Assembly (NCBI GenBank): GCA_048013815.1
Contig: CM106585.1
Span: 7,626,001 to 7,690,000, forward strand
From: Setoptus koraiensis
Taxonomy: Eukaryota > Animalia > Arthropoda
DNA: 64,000 nucleotides
Reading direction: 5' to 3'
Positions 1 to 13,017 of the stretch are shown here, in pieces (position 1 is the stretch's first letter; each line of letters opens with the position of its first letter). The notes under the pieces were generated by a model. It had not been told where the DNA came from and made no database searches. It saw only the letters and a program-made list of their open reading frames with translations. The translations under genes and the position numbers were made by a program.

Positions 1-1932
1 ACTCTCGTTTGATACATAATGATCGCCCAACTCTGGCTACTAGCGCCAGTGCAGCCAGTGTGCCAATGGAAACAAACACCGGCTTGTTATCCGCCATTGT
101 GCTATCATTAGCGCCCTTATGCAATGCAAGCCTCACAACACAAGACTCGCTGATTACATAATATACATCTCGTATAATATTGTATTATAATGCATGCGAG
201 TTTGCTTGTTACGACGGCCGCTCAACAACGACGAAAATGATCAACGTACAACAACAGTTATATAATTTTAGTTTTTGACGGCTGCTTGTGATTTGCGACA
301 GTTTAATTGTAAAACTCAGCTCGTGATTGAGTTCCGCTGGCCACTTGAGCAAGTTTGTCAGTTAGTTAATCATCACTTGTCGCCACTACAGGCACCAGAC
401 AACGAGTCAACGAGACAACGAGTCAACGAGACAACCGGAGATTGTTATCAATTGGCAACAGTTTATTGTTGCCACTGTCGCCTTTGAATCACTGTCCACA
501 ACCACCGACGACAACTCGAATGGCCGCTACATCCGGTGTGCGCGATGTGTCGGCTGGCTCGCATTTGACTTGAACTGGCAAAATCGACAAGTTAACTAAA
601 CTTAAATTGTCCGGCAATTGCAGTTTGCAACACGGCGACCAACATAATATTTGAGAGAGTATTCGCAAAATACAACAAGGAGAAAAAATAATCTCTTCGG
701 CTCGCTCTGTGGCTGTTGCTCTCTAAATCAGCGATTCTAATGCAGAGTGAGTGCGATTCGCAAGTTGGCCCCGGTTTGTGAGCCGCACTAATCGCTCATT
801 TGATAACATGATAATTGGTAGATGTCAACTTGACAGCTCAACAGCAAACAGTCCGTTATTGGCTGACTATGTATTAGCGCTCGTTATATTAGCGCTCGTT
901 ATTGAGTGATGGCTCGGTTAGCTTGCATTTCACCTTGATAAGTGTGGTCGCAACTGGTAACTGGTCCATCGTTAGCGGGCATTCATTTAATTGAGTGTTT
1001 GATACAGTCAAATAGCGAGCGAGCGAGCGAGCGAAATCACCGCTGTGTAACCCGTGATAACGGCATTTATGTGATAACGGCATTTATGTTATAACCAGTC
1101 AAGTCGCGGCCAGAGAATGCAAACAGAGGACGCACAGAGAGAGACAAGTCAATCAATGTTATTGTTGATATATCAGTGATGGCACAATAAAACGAGACCA
1201 CACGCGCACCGTCTTCGATAGGTTAATTAACGGTTAACGTTAATTAACTAAACTATCACCTGTGCGCCGTAGAGCAGACACAAAGCGACAGGTGAACTGT
1301 GACTTGACTCTGTTCTCTGTGACTTTGTCTGTGATTAACTGGCATCATTAACTGCAAAGCTGATTTGTTTCAATCAGTGCTGATCATTAGGTCAGCTCGA
1401 GCCACTTTGATGCTGCCGCTCACTCTCATTTACCTGTGATTTAAGCTCACTGTCGCCGATTCGAGCAATTTAATTTAATATCTGTCTGTTGATATTTAGT
1501 GAGTGCATCCGTGCCAGTGCAATCAATCAAATCATCATCATCATCATTAATTGCTATTCGCTATTCACTGCGCTATATATTTGCCGTGTATTTGCCGTGT
1601 ATTTGCCGTGTATTTGCTAAAATCACGGCAAATATGTAGCCACGGCGCGCCAAACAAAAGCGAGCCCTGGCGGCCAGCGCCAGCACGACAGTTGGCCAGC
1701 GTCGGCTTGTCGGATTATCGGCTTCGAATTGAGCCGCTTTTGGGCTTTCGCGGGAGCCCTGTCGTGCGTTCGGCCCAACAGTGTCGGACGGACAGTTCTG
1801 CAGAGTTGCGCAAGAATTCCGTCGGTAATCCCACCGCCAACAGGTAGTTGGCGGCTCGTTGTGCGGCCCGTTGCGCGGCTCGTCGGACGGAGCCCGATTT
1901 TTGCCACCCCGGCGGGCGCCGTTCGACACGAC

Positions 1933-1998
1933 ATGGCGACATGGCGATATGGCGATATGGCGATATGGCGATATCGCGGTATCGCGGTATCGCCGTAT
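1933..1998. repeat. 8-bp minisatellite (ATGGCGAT)n switching to near-reverse-complement units
   Basis: Five ATGGCGA(C/T) units are followed by ATCGCGGT, ATCGCGGT and ATCGCCGT. Confidence 0.85.
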
Positions 1999-4900
1999 GG
2001 CGAAATCGGCGCAATGCAGCAGCGATCGCATGTCGGCCGCGGCACAGAGGCGCTCGCTCTCGTCAATGCAAATTGTATTTGCATTGTTGGCGTTGGCAAG
2101 CTCGACACGGTCGATGGCACACGAGACAGCGGCCACAGGCCAGCGAGACAGATACGGACTCAGGTGAGGCCGAGACAGAGCGCTCATTTGCATGGTGTGC
2201 GCAACAAGTGGCTGGCGTGCTGGTCAATAAAATCAAACGCTGTTGCGAGTGGCCAGTTGCTGTTGCGAGTGGCCAGTTGCTGTTGCAAGTCGCGAGTCGC
2301 TGTCGAACAACAACAACGCTTGTTCGCGTGTCCACACACACACACACACACACACACAACAAATGACGCAACAGTGGGCCAAATAAGGTAAGCGCACAAC
2401 AGCAGCGACACACTAGTGGTCAGCACATGCATTGTTGTCGGGGTAAATAGTTGCCGCGGCATCAGCTGGTAGTTGCCGCGGCATCAGTTGATAGTGGCTG
2501 CAGCATCGGTTGATAGTTGCCGCGGAATGGGCTGATAGTCGAGCACAATGCCAGTGCATAAAATGCACAAAATGCCCCAACTCGGCTTAAAACGAAGCCT
2601 CGCTCTCTGGCCGTGGCGTGTCGTGACTGTGTTGTTATTGCTTCATTGGCGCCATTTGTTCAATCTCAATTTCGCTGACCACTCACCTGTTCACCTGTTG
2701 GCAGCCTGTTGGCCATACTATACATACATACTATATGTACATGCCTGTATATGTCTGTATATGGTCACACTGTGGGGCTATTCTCAGTTGCAGTGGCACT
2801 GCCAGCGTGCCTACGGACAGCGGATTGTGTGGCTCGCATTGGAGCGACAATATCCATTCTAACTGCTGCCACTGGCTAACCTTTGATTTAATTTCTACAC
2901 GATGCCCTCAAACAATCACTTGTCGTGTAAGGGCGGCCGTGTGGCGCCAGTTGTTGCGTCACGACTGCGCGCATCTCATTAGCAGTGGTCATTTGTTTTT
3001 GGCCGCATCAGCCCGGCAGCCGGCTCAAGCATTTGTGACACGCAGCCACATTTAAATGGCCAGATCTGTTTGCGTCTTGTGTCATTTAGCGCTGTCACTG
3101 GCCAGCAGACGCGACTGCGGCCGATGCGCCGAGTCCGCCGAGTGAATCTCCGATTGTCGGACATGCCGAGCATCAGAGTCTCAGAGTCTGCGAGCATGAG
3201 AATCCGCGAATTTGCGAACATCACAATATCGGAATCCGTGCGCATTCTGTTCGAAAGGTGGCGTCCGTTTGCGCTCGATATTTGCTATTTGCTATTTGTA
3301 ACAAATAATTTGTTGCCAGCAACAACGATGCTCGCCGTCTCTGGCGCATGCATCGCTTGCGAATTCAATCATTGCGCATTCGCAACGCGTCTTCGAGATC
3401 CCGCAAAATCGCAAGCCCGCAAAATCGCGAGCCCGCTTGTTTCAGCCGACAACGAGCCGCTTGTTTCGGACCAAACCAAAGAATGCGCTCGCGTTTCCAA
3501 TCGGGCCGGCGAGGGAGCCGCGCCGACGGTGTACAACCGAGCTAAAAACAAAGCGATAAACTTGAACCCGAGCGGCCGAACGCGCTCGCAAAAAGCCCGG
3601 TGCGGCCGAAAACGGCGGACGCCAGCGAAGGGCACGCAGGCGGATGGGGCGGCGAGTCAATGGAGTCGGGATCGCTTTTAGCGCAATCACGACTCCCGTG
3701 TCGTGCTGTCGGCTAAACTCGGCCGATCGCTTTCATTATCACACACACACACACACGGGCGCGCACTGGAGCCAACATTGAACAGGCAACTTCCAACGGG
3801 CAACTTCCAACAGGTAAGTTCGAACAGGTAACTGCGAACGGGCAACATGACAGTATGAGCTAGTTGGCGAGTTGGCAGCTTCATTCAATTGGCGCAAATG
3901 AGAGATTGGCGAAAAATGACGGCCTCATCTGGCTGTTGCATCGTTGGCTGGCGAGCAGCAAGTTCGCAAGTGCAATTTCTCTGGCGGCTCGATTCGAGCA
4001 GCGGCGGCCGCGAACTCGCTGCTCGAATGGGCATGAATTCGCATGATTCCGCACAGCGAATTCGCAACGCTGACCAATTGAGCCAATCGACCAACATTGT
4101 GCCGACAGACGGCACTTTGTCTTAGGGAGAAACAAACACACGGCCCACTAATTGAATGGCCGCAAGCCATGCCCGCTCTCCGCTCTCCGCCCGACTGTCC
4201 CGGCCAGAGAGTCGCCGGTCCACTGGCCACTCTCGGCCTGGGAGTTTTCAGGCCATCCGATGGCCAGAGAACGACCAGAGAACGACCAGAGAACGTGCCA
4301 CCCCCACCGCTCGCCCCCCAGAAAAGAACCAATTGATGGTTCGTTTCTGGTGGCGCCGTCGCCGCTGTGCAACCTCGCAACCTGTTTACCGACTTGGCTC
4401 CAACGTTGGCCAATCCAGACAAATCGTGACAACCGATCCTGTTGCAAGTTGCGGCTCGCATGACGCCGCTTCCATTATGTGATATCATAAATATATATGA
4501 TATTCGTTCGAGCCTACAATAATATTGGACCAATATGCAAGCGGCCGGCTCGTGAGTTGCAAGCGCGAGTGTCTTCAATTGTTATAACTTATAAGTGCGC
4601 TATTGAGGCCCCATTGGTTTGTGAGGCCCCCACTGGGTGCCCCAGAAACTGTGACTTTGTGGCCGTGAAAATCAACTGCTGACATTGAGACTGTCAATTT
4701 GCGAGTGCGTGGCTTGACAAGCAGCCATTAGCAGCAATGGAGTGGATGTGGCCGATGAGCAAAATGTTGAACAAAATTGTGTCGTCGTGACGCCAGTTTG
4801 TGCGTCCCAACGAAAGCGACGACAACAACGACAACGACAACAACGACAGCAGCGGCAACTACATTCACATTTAGTTGCTCACCTGGTCGCTCGGGCGCCT

Positions 4901-5856
4901 GGGCAGTGTGGCGGGCAAGGTTTGGCTGTGCTGGGAGCTCGACACTCGACACTCGGGCCAATCCAATGTCCATTGTGGGCTGGCGAGACGGGGCTGCTCG
5001 CTGGTGCGCGCTGGCGAGCAATAAAATTGTGCCAAGCAGCCTTGATTTGATTTAATGAGCATCTATGTTAATTGTTGTTCATCATGAGCCTAATGATTGT
5101 CGCTTTTTTTGGCTGTTTTGGCCGTCAGTTGCCGTGAGTCGCCGTGAGTTGCCGTGAGTTGGTTGTTGGTTGAGCGTTCGCTAGTTGCAGCCAGCGCTCA
5201 CTAGTGAATCACTAGCGAATCACTAGTGAATCACTGGTAGTGATCAGGTTGCCATAACAACAGCAACAGCAGCAGCAACAACCACGACGACTGACTAGCG
5301 ACAGGTTGACATTATGACTTCATCACATGATGCGACTATCTGATTGTCATTATCAGCTGCTGCATTTTTAGTGACACAACACAGCAGCTGACTACTGTCA
5401 TACTATGACTGTCATAGTGTGCGAGTGTGCAGCTCGCCAGCGTTGTTCATGACAACGACGTTGTGAGACTGGCTAATTGAGTGACACTGGCAGTGCACTT
5501 GTGACAGAGGAATGACAGTGCACTGACAGCAGCATTCAATGAATGAACTATTCGCGGCCCAACAGGTATGATACAGTTTGATTAACTGTGCACTGGCATG
5601 CTAATTTTTGGCTGCTTGTCACCTGTGTTTGTGTGCACTGTTTGTGTGACTTGTCGCGACTCGGCGTCTCCCAAATTAATGTCTTTCTCTCTTGTTTTAC
5701 ACGCCAATTTATCAAGCGTGACTGTGTGCGTCGCTGGCCGGCCGCTGATTTATAGCGGCCGGCTAATTACACGACTGTGTATTATTACTATTACTATTAC
5801 TATCATCATTATTATTATTATTAGCATGGTGCTGTGCAGTGCTGGATTGTGCAGTC

Positions 5857-5941
5857 GGATTTCGTTGGATTTCGTTGGATTTTGTTGGATTTTGTTGAGT
5901 TTTGTTGGATTTCGTTGGATTTTGTTGGATTTTGTTGGATT
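5857..5941. repeat. 10-bp minisatellite GGATTT(C/T)GTT, about 8 units
   Basis: Directly visible tandem array. Confidence 0.9.
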
Positions 5942-7328
5942 GTGCGCATGCAAATTGATGGAAACGAACGGCTGACAAGGTGAGCGATTTTGGTTTTTTC
6001 GTGGACTGCTAGCCAGAGCTTATCAGCGTCATATCTGCGTCTGCGTCGCTTGCAAACGCGTTATCGCATCGCGCATTGGAATGGCCATTAGCCGTGCATG
6101 TGTCAGGCGCATTCAACACTCCGCCAGAGTGTGAATATCGCCAAGATAACATAAGCCAGATATATTATTTTATTTGCGCATGGCATATTTATAGCCGACT
6201 AGGGTCGCCATGGCACCGAAATAATGCCACCGTCATACTTGTGACACTTCAAGTCTGGCCGGCAATTCATCAGCCGGCCAGCCGGCCAGCGAGCCCCAGC
6301 GACTCGTTGCCGGCGACTCGCTGCCAGCCACTGGCCGTTAGTCGCTGGCAGTGAGAGTGGCCCCTTGGGCGCTTGTTGCAACAACCTGTTGCCAACAGGT
6401 GATTTAGTGGCGTCGCTCGCTGGCAAACTTTGCCAGGCAAAGTGTCTGGCGAGTCGTGCCAATATTATCATCTCGGTGCCAGATAATGGCGCTCAAAGTT
6501 TAAATCTGAGCATGAGTTTGATAAGCTCGCCATTTCAATTTCAAGTTTAAACTTGAACATTTCAATCGTTTCAATGCTGCATGTTGCTGCAAACGGTCGA
6601 GTTAAACAAGTTGTCGTTGGGTCACTGACAGTCAGTCGGCCGACGCCAGTCAGTCGGTGCCCAGACTCAGCCCACAAGACACAAACAACGAGCCAGCGGA
6701 CAGCGGGCGGTCGCGCGATATCATGCAACAATCCGTCGCTTGCTTGACCGCATTACGCCGGCTAATTTCGTCCCATTCTGGCACACCAAACACTGGCCGA
6801 AACTGCTCACTTTGCAACCAACATTTGCGATTGTTGGCCCATTGTTTGCACTAAATCACAATGTGTGTATTGGGCAATATTCAATGTACATTGCGCACAA
6901 TCAATTCAGTGTCAGTGTCATTGTTAGCGGCTTGTTACGCAACGACAAATTAATCTAATATTGCTCTCATGTGAAAACAATTAGCAGGCTGGCCAAATCA
7001 CTGTGCGCGCTGGCCATGCTAACAATTGGTAAATGCAAGCCAATTGACTCAGTCAATTTGACTGATGCCAGCGGCACTTGCAACTTGCGGCTCGTCTCGT
7101 AACGTGAGTCGCAAGTTGCAACGGAACTAACAGTTAGTTAAACAGACACAAAAATTGATTGCAGCGAGTGACCGATAAAAGTCAGTTAAATCGATCGCAT
7201 TTAAATTGATTGCGTGCCATTGTGGCGCCAGTGCGCGCGACATTTGACATTTTGTTTCCGACTGACCGACTTGTTCGAGTGACATTAATCAATTAATTAG
7301 TGACAATCATCGATTAACCATCACGATT

Positions 7329-7344
7329 GTCATGACGTCATGAC
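7329..7344. promoter_or_regulatory. 16-bp perfect palindrome centred on a consensus CRE (TGACGTCA)
   Basis: GTCATGACGTCATGAC is its own reverse complement. TGACGTCA is at 7333-7340. Confidence 0.4.
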
Positions 7345-7894
7345 TCGTGACGCAACTGGTGAGCGTTTGTGGCGCCTGACTGTTGCGCTTGTTCAAGGCA
7401 CCAAACCATTTGATAACTGACCACTCAAAGTTGTCAGTTATCAAATGCTAACCTTAGCGTTGTTACATCAGCTACTGACCAACCAGTACCAACAGTAAGC
7501 GTGATACAACGAGCACGGCATGCTGGCCGACACGCATTCTTATTTGGCAATTAGTGGCCATTTGCATGCCAACGGGCTTACTCGAAATGGCAAATGGCGC
7601 TGATACTAACAACTTGTGGCCATTTCATAGCGAGCCACTTGGCAGCATCAACACACATTAGCCAGCCAGTGAGACACTGGTGTAATTACCGGCAGCATTA
7701 ATGTTACGTCACTTGTTAACATTTGTTGGTTTGTTATTTATATCTTCGGTCAGTTGGCACACTGACCATCTTGGCGCATAGCAAGCAAACTATACAACTT
7801 ATGCAGTCGCTTGTGTGATGGTCAGTGTGCTCAAAGTCAGTTGGTAAGTTATGTGTGACCGGTGATCAGTCGTTGCAGTGATGTGTCGTCCAAC

Positions 7895-7973
7895 AACAAG
7901 CAGAAACAAGCAGAAACAAGCAAAAACAAGCAAAAACAAACTGAAACAAACTGAAACAAGCCGAAACAAACTG
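7895..7973. repeat. 10-bp minisatellite AAACAAGCAG-like, about 8 diverging units
   Basis: Directly visible tandem array. Confidence 0.8.
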
Positions 7974-8194
7974 ACAAGCGAGCGAGCAAAGCGCCAAAAG
8001 TCAACTATCGGACAGGTATAAAAGCTTGTTAGGTGTAATAATTAGCATGAGAGTGCCATTACGCCCAGCAACTAATGAGCCCCAGCTTGTCAGCTGACAC
8101 AGTGACAGTGTGTGTCAGGTGACAGTGTGCACTTGACAGTGAGCACTTGATAAAATTGATTTTAAATAAGTTTGTTGTTTGTTTGTTGCTCTGC

Positions 8195-8264
8195 ATACTC
8201 GACTGAATACTCAACTGAATACTCAACTGAATACTCAACTGAATACTCAACTGAATACTCAACT
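8195..8264. repeat. 12-bp minisatellite ATACTCAACTGA, about 6 units
   Basis: Directly visible tandem array. Confidence 0.92.
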
Positions 8265-8580
8265 AAAAACTAAAACTGTGACTCACTAATTATTGCTGGT
8301 ATCATCATCAGTTAGACCAACACTCAGAGATGTCAATGCTCTATCTATTACTGGCAGCCACTGACATAATATTATAGCTGGCATAAACTGTTTGCAAAAG
8401 AGTCTAGCCAGTTATTCAATGGCACAATCAATTAGTATGCCGATGGGCACATAAATAGGCAAACGGTTTGTGTGTTGTCCAATGTGCGCTTATGTCACTA
8501 CACAGCTGACTAGCAACTGACAGACACAATGACTGTGTGTCTTGTTGTGTGTCTAGGATGACATGACAAGTCATAATAGA

Positions 8581-8593
8581 CAACAACAACAGC

Positions 8594-8655
<62 letters not shown>
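8581..8655. repeat. (CAA)n microsatellite, about 25 units, apparently non-coding
   Basis: Nearly pure CAA with one CAG. The surrounding ORFs are short and lack a credible start. Confidence 0.95.
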
Positions 8656-10342
8656 GTGAACAACCGGCACCACTTGTTAGAGGACAACGCCCAACTAACC
8701 AGCCAGCATATACAATTACGTAACAATTCTTTTCGTTCGTCTCACATTGCGTAACGAGCAACATGAATGATATGCGATGGTGGCGACGATCATGACGACG
8801 AACATGACGATGATGACGAAGATGGCAATGATGACTACGATTATGATGGCCACGATGATGAAGTAAGGACACGATTAACGCAATCACGTCGGCCCGCAAA
8901 ATGACAAGCCAACAGCGAGTTGATACTTGAAGTTTGCATATTGTCTTGGCGTTACTTGCGCACGTTTGGCATGTTTTCACAACGAGTTTGTTGTCGCTGT
9001 CGTTGTTGTTGTTGCTGTCGTTGTTGTGCAAATGGTGCTGTCAATTGTTTGTTCGAGGCTCGAACAGAGAATCGAGCCAGAGCCAGAGCGAGAGAATGTC
9101 TCACCAACTAAAAAGGACAACTGAAAAGGCTAACAACAGTGTAACACGACTCGCGACATTGCCAAGACACGACGATGCGCCCACACCTAACTGACCACTG
9201 CAACCAGCGAGCGGCTGTCCCACGCTTCCTGTCGCTTCTTTTCACTTGTTGATCCTGTCGCTTCTTTTAGCCTCTTGTCGCCTCTTTTGTCGCCTCTTGT
9301 GCCCTCCTCTTGTTCCCTTTTCTCACTTCTTTGGTGCGTCTCGCTGGCTTCTTGGCTTTCTTCTTTTCGCTCGAGAGAATATCCAGTTCACGTTATGGTC
9401 ATTATTACCATTACTATCGTTATTATTATCGTTATTAATAGCGTCTCTGTCAGCTGTGTGTCGTATTCGTGTGTCGAGAAGTAGGGAAATTTCAAACTCG
9501 AATAAGTAGCGAAATATCAAACTTGATCACGGCTACAATAATGTCAGCTAATAGTCAGCTGTAGCCATGTTTACTATTCGGCGTTTACTATTCACGGTTT
9601 ATTACTCGGCGAGTGCGTTCGGCCATTCGGGCCGTCGGGCAAATGCGCTGGATGGTGTGCGAAATAGAAGCGGCCAGAGATACAAGTGGTTAAAGAAGAC
9701 ATTGAGAGACACTTGTCAAAAAGAGACGACGGCCATCAATCAATAGGCTCGCTCTTGAATGAGCGTTGTCGCTGTTGGCGAGATCAACTACTCGTCTGGT
9801 GGCTGGTGTGTCGTACTGGCACTACTCGCCCATCTCGTCTCAATGTTGCCACTTGTTTCTCACGCCAACAACCACGACAACAGCAACAGCAACAACGACA
9901 ACAGCAACAACGACAACAGCAACAACGACAACAGCAACAACAACAACAGCAACAACGAGTGCACAATACGTAACAACAGCTTTGTTTGCTTAATTGAAGG
10001 TCTCACGCTAACGAGTGCGCAACAGGCCGCCTCGTTATTTGTCTAGTGGCCAGCGTCATTATCATAATACATTGGCCAGTGCCATAGACGGTACAGGTGA
10101 CAGGTAGTATCAGCTGGATATTGTGCCATTGGTAGTACCAATTTAATACCAATTCAATATGAAGCTTGTCAGTACAGGTGGTGTGAGAGTGCGCATTGCG
10201 GAAAGAAGCGTTCGAGAGGAGATTTTCAAACATTTTTTGCCGTTTTGTGTTTGCTTTTTGTTGGCTTCCATCGCGCTTGTCGCTGTTCATGGCCGTTTCT
10301 CATTAGGAAACAAGTATTGCCAATTATTGTTTGCGCTGATGC

Positions 10343-10440
10343 ATTGATCCAGTAAATTGATCCAGTAAATTGATCCAGCCAATTGATCCAGCCAATTGAT
10401 CCAGCGCATTGATCCAGCGCATTGATCCAGTAAATTGATC
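10343..10440. repeat. 13-bp minisatellite ATTGATCCAG+NNN, about 7.5 units
   Basis: The variable trinucleotide runs TAA, TAA, CCA, CCA, CGC, CGC, TAA. Confidence 0.92.
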
Positions 10441-11463
10441 ACTCACTCACTAAATTGACTTGGTCAATTGATTTAGTAAATTGATCGCTCGCAAATGGCA
10501 CTGATTTATTCACTCGTTTTATTCACTCCATTCACCCATCGGCCGGCCAGTCGCTATTTCACAAGTCACTGGCAGCCGGCAGTGATTTGGAATCACAATT
10601 CACAAGAATTCACAAGTTGCGAAACAGCGTTATCGCTCATTATTGTGCATTATCATGCCGCTCAAATCGGCGCCATTGCCAAATGCGCTCACATAACACA
10701 CTCACAATGCCAGCATTAGTGGCTTAATGGCTCGGCGCACTTTTTAATAAGCTTGCTGGCCACTTTATAAATTATAATAAAGCGCTTGGCGGGATTAGTT
10801 GAGTGCGAGGGGGCGACTAGTTGAATGCGATCACAACAGGATGATGCTAAGTGAGTGCCATCAATCAACAGCCTATGACACAATCTCATCTCTGGCCATC
10901 TCGTCTGCTCGTCGGCTCGCTTGTATCGTCGGCCCGCTTGTATCGTCGGCTCGTCTGCCCCTTGTTGCACTTGTCATATCAAATATAAATGGTATCATTT
11001 GAATCATTTGCTATCACACAAACAGCCAATAACAAATATCAATTTGGCACAAGCGTCGCTGTTGGTGTTGGCGTCAGTGTCGGTGTTGGCGTCAGTGTCG
11101 GGCCGAGGGGTCAGTCACCGAGCTTGAAATATTGAGCAACATCAAGTGCGATCTGGTGACAAGTGCGCACTGTAACAAGCTGTAAACAAGCGTGTATCGC
11201 TTTGTTTTTGTGTGTGTGTCGTTATTGTTGTTGTCGGCCGCTCGGCAGGCCAACAGCGACGACAACAGCGACGACAACAACGACGACAACAATGACGACA
11301 ACAACACACACAGCCATTCATCATGACGAGGCCGCTTGACAAGACAGACGATATGACCGATTGTCGAGTGACTCAATTGGGACGAGTCAATTGGATCATC
11401 ATTTCACTTGCGCACAGTGATGAGCTTTGTTGCTCGAGTTTTGTGTCGCCATAAAGGGGCCAC

Positions 11464-11553
11464 CTGAAACAGCTGAAATAGCTGAAACAGCCGAAACAGC
11501 CGAAACAGCCGAAACAGCCGAAACAGCCGAAACAGCTGAAATGGCTGAAATGG
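11464..11553. repeat. 9-bp minisatellite C(C/T)GAAACAG, 10 units
   Basis: Directly visible tandem array. Confidence 0.92.
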
Positions 11554-11719
11554 CGCCACCACTGGCTAAATGGGTCAGCGTTTCTATTTCGACCATAACT
11601 CTCACACTCGCTTTCATTGCGAATAACAACATGATGACATAATAATGATAATAATATCGTTGCGTAATATTACCGTTATAAAGTGACGATACTGTCGCGC
11701 TTGTTGTTTGCAACCATAG

Positions 11720-11948
11720 GCAATGGGATCAAATTGAGAATTGATCGGGCCGCTCGTTGCGCTACTGGCGGTCGCGCGCACCCTGTGAGAGCAGATGCAT
11801 CAATCGACCGATCAGTCGGCAGTGAGAGTGTCGACTCGAGATTCGAGCGATACTCGTCGACAGTGATACTCGGCTCGAGCGAGACAGCGATACTCGGCTC
11901 GAGCGAAACAGAGGCCGATTCGAAGGCAGATTCGCAGCCGTTGGCAAG
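11720..11948 (+). other. Candidate upstream exon of the PDZ gene
   Basis: Flanked by CCATAG| (11719) and AAG|GTGAGC (11949). Its open frame ends in phase 2 and would join in frame at the AG| before 12987. Confidence 0.35.
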
Positions 11949-13017
11949 GTGAGCATTGTGTGCCCTTGCCGGTGTGTCGCCAGCAAACATGCAGTTATCA
12001 GTGTTGTGTCAGATATACGAACAAAAGTCGGTGACGACAATGCGACTCAGTTGCCGTTTGCGACTATCCTAATAGATGCACAGCCTAATAGATGGAACAG
12101 ATTAATAGATAGACAGTGGATAGAAAAAGCGAGTTCCTTCTTTTTGTCAGCGTTGCCGTTACTTGCGCCGCGCACCGAACACCAAAAACAAGCGCAACTA
12201 ACAGAGCGGAAAAGTAACGGTAAACTGCAACTTGTACTTTTTGCACTGATAATATCGCACAAATATATGATATTTATATGCTGGTGCAATTCGCAGAGTA
12301 CAGAGTTCGAACGGCAACTTGTAGCGGCAACATTGAGCGGCGACATTGGACGGCAAGCTAGCAAATGTCAGACAGAGAATGTTGTGACAACTTTCTCTGT
12401 GTGTCATTGGCAGGCTGTCAAAGTCGCACAAAGTCGCTGCAGATATAGTAAAACAAGTGAACAACCAATTGTCAGCAACGACAAACTCAATTACAATTGA
12501 TCCACAAGTGCATATATTGTGACTGACACTCGCTCACTGTCACTGCAACGCAAACTGACAAATAACGGTAATTCACTGACACACATAGCCTGTTATTATT
12601 ACATAATATTTAACCTTTACCTTCATCATCTCACTGTGTGCCGGCTACCTGTTACGCCCTGCCTAAGCGCCCATTTTATTTATAACTGTCTCACTGTTGC
12701 GAGTTCATTGTCAGCTGTGTCAGTGTTGCCGGCGTTGTCGGTGTTGTCGCTGGGCAATACCCTCGGGTTGCGTCATGATCGGTAGCACCAGTTTAGTGCC
12801 ACACAGTGCGGGCTATAGAGCGGGGCACAGGCAAGCTCGAAATACCCCAGCAGCGTGTATTGCGTTATCCATTCTTATCCGTTCTTATCCGTTCTTATTT
12901 ATTCCATTTATGCAGCTGCAACACACAAAAGCACTTATACAGAACAGAAGCAAGCGAACAGAAATTGCCAACCGATAATTGAATAGACCAACGACAACAA
13001 CAACAACCACACCAACA

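Noticed and set aside
1551-4682. Overlapping 100-220-aa ORFs in all six frames
   Set aside because: GC-rich, repeat-containing sequence with few stops. Most start at non-ATG codons and none shows recognisable motifs.
8510-9031. His-rich minus-strand ORF and an Asp-rich 46-codon plus-strand frame
   Set aside because: Both derive from a degenerate (GAT/GAC)n plus (CAA)n tract. There are no credible starts or splice sites.
1250-11470. Apparent clustering of CAGGTG/CAGGTA motifs (Snail-type E-box or Zelda-like)
   Set aside because: About a dozen CAGGTG/CACCTG in 12.9 kb is only around twice random expectation, and CAGGTA hits are better explained as splice donors.
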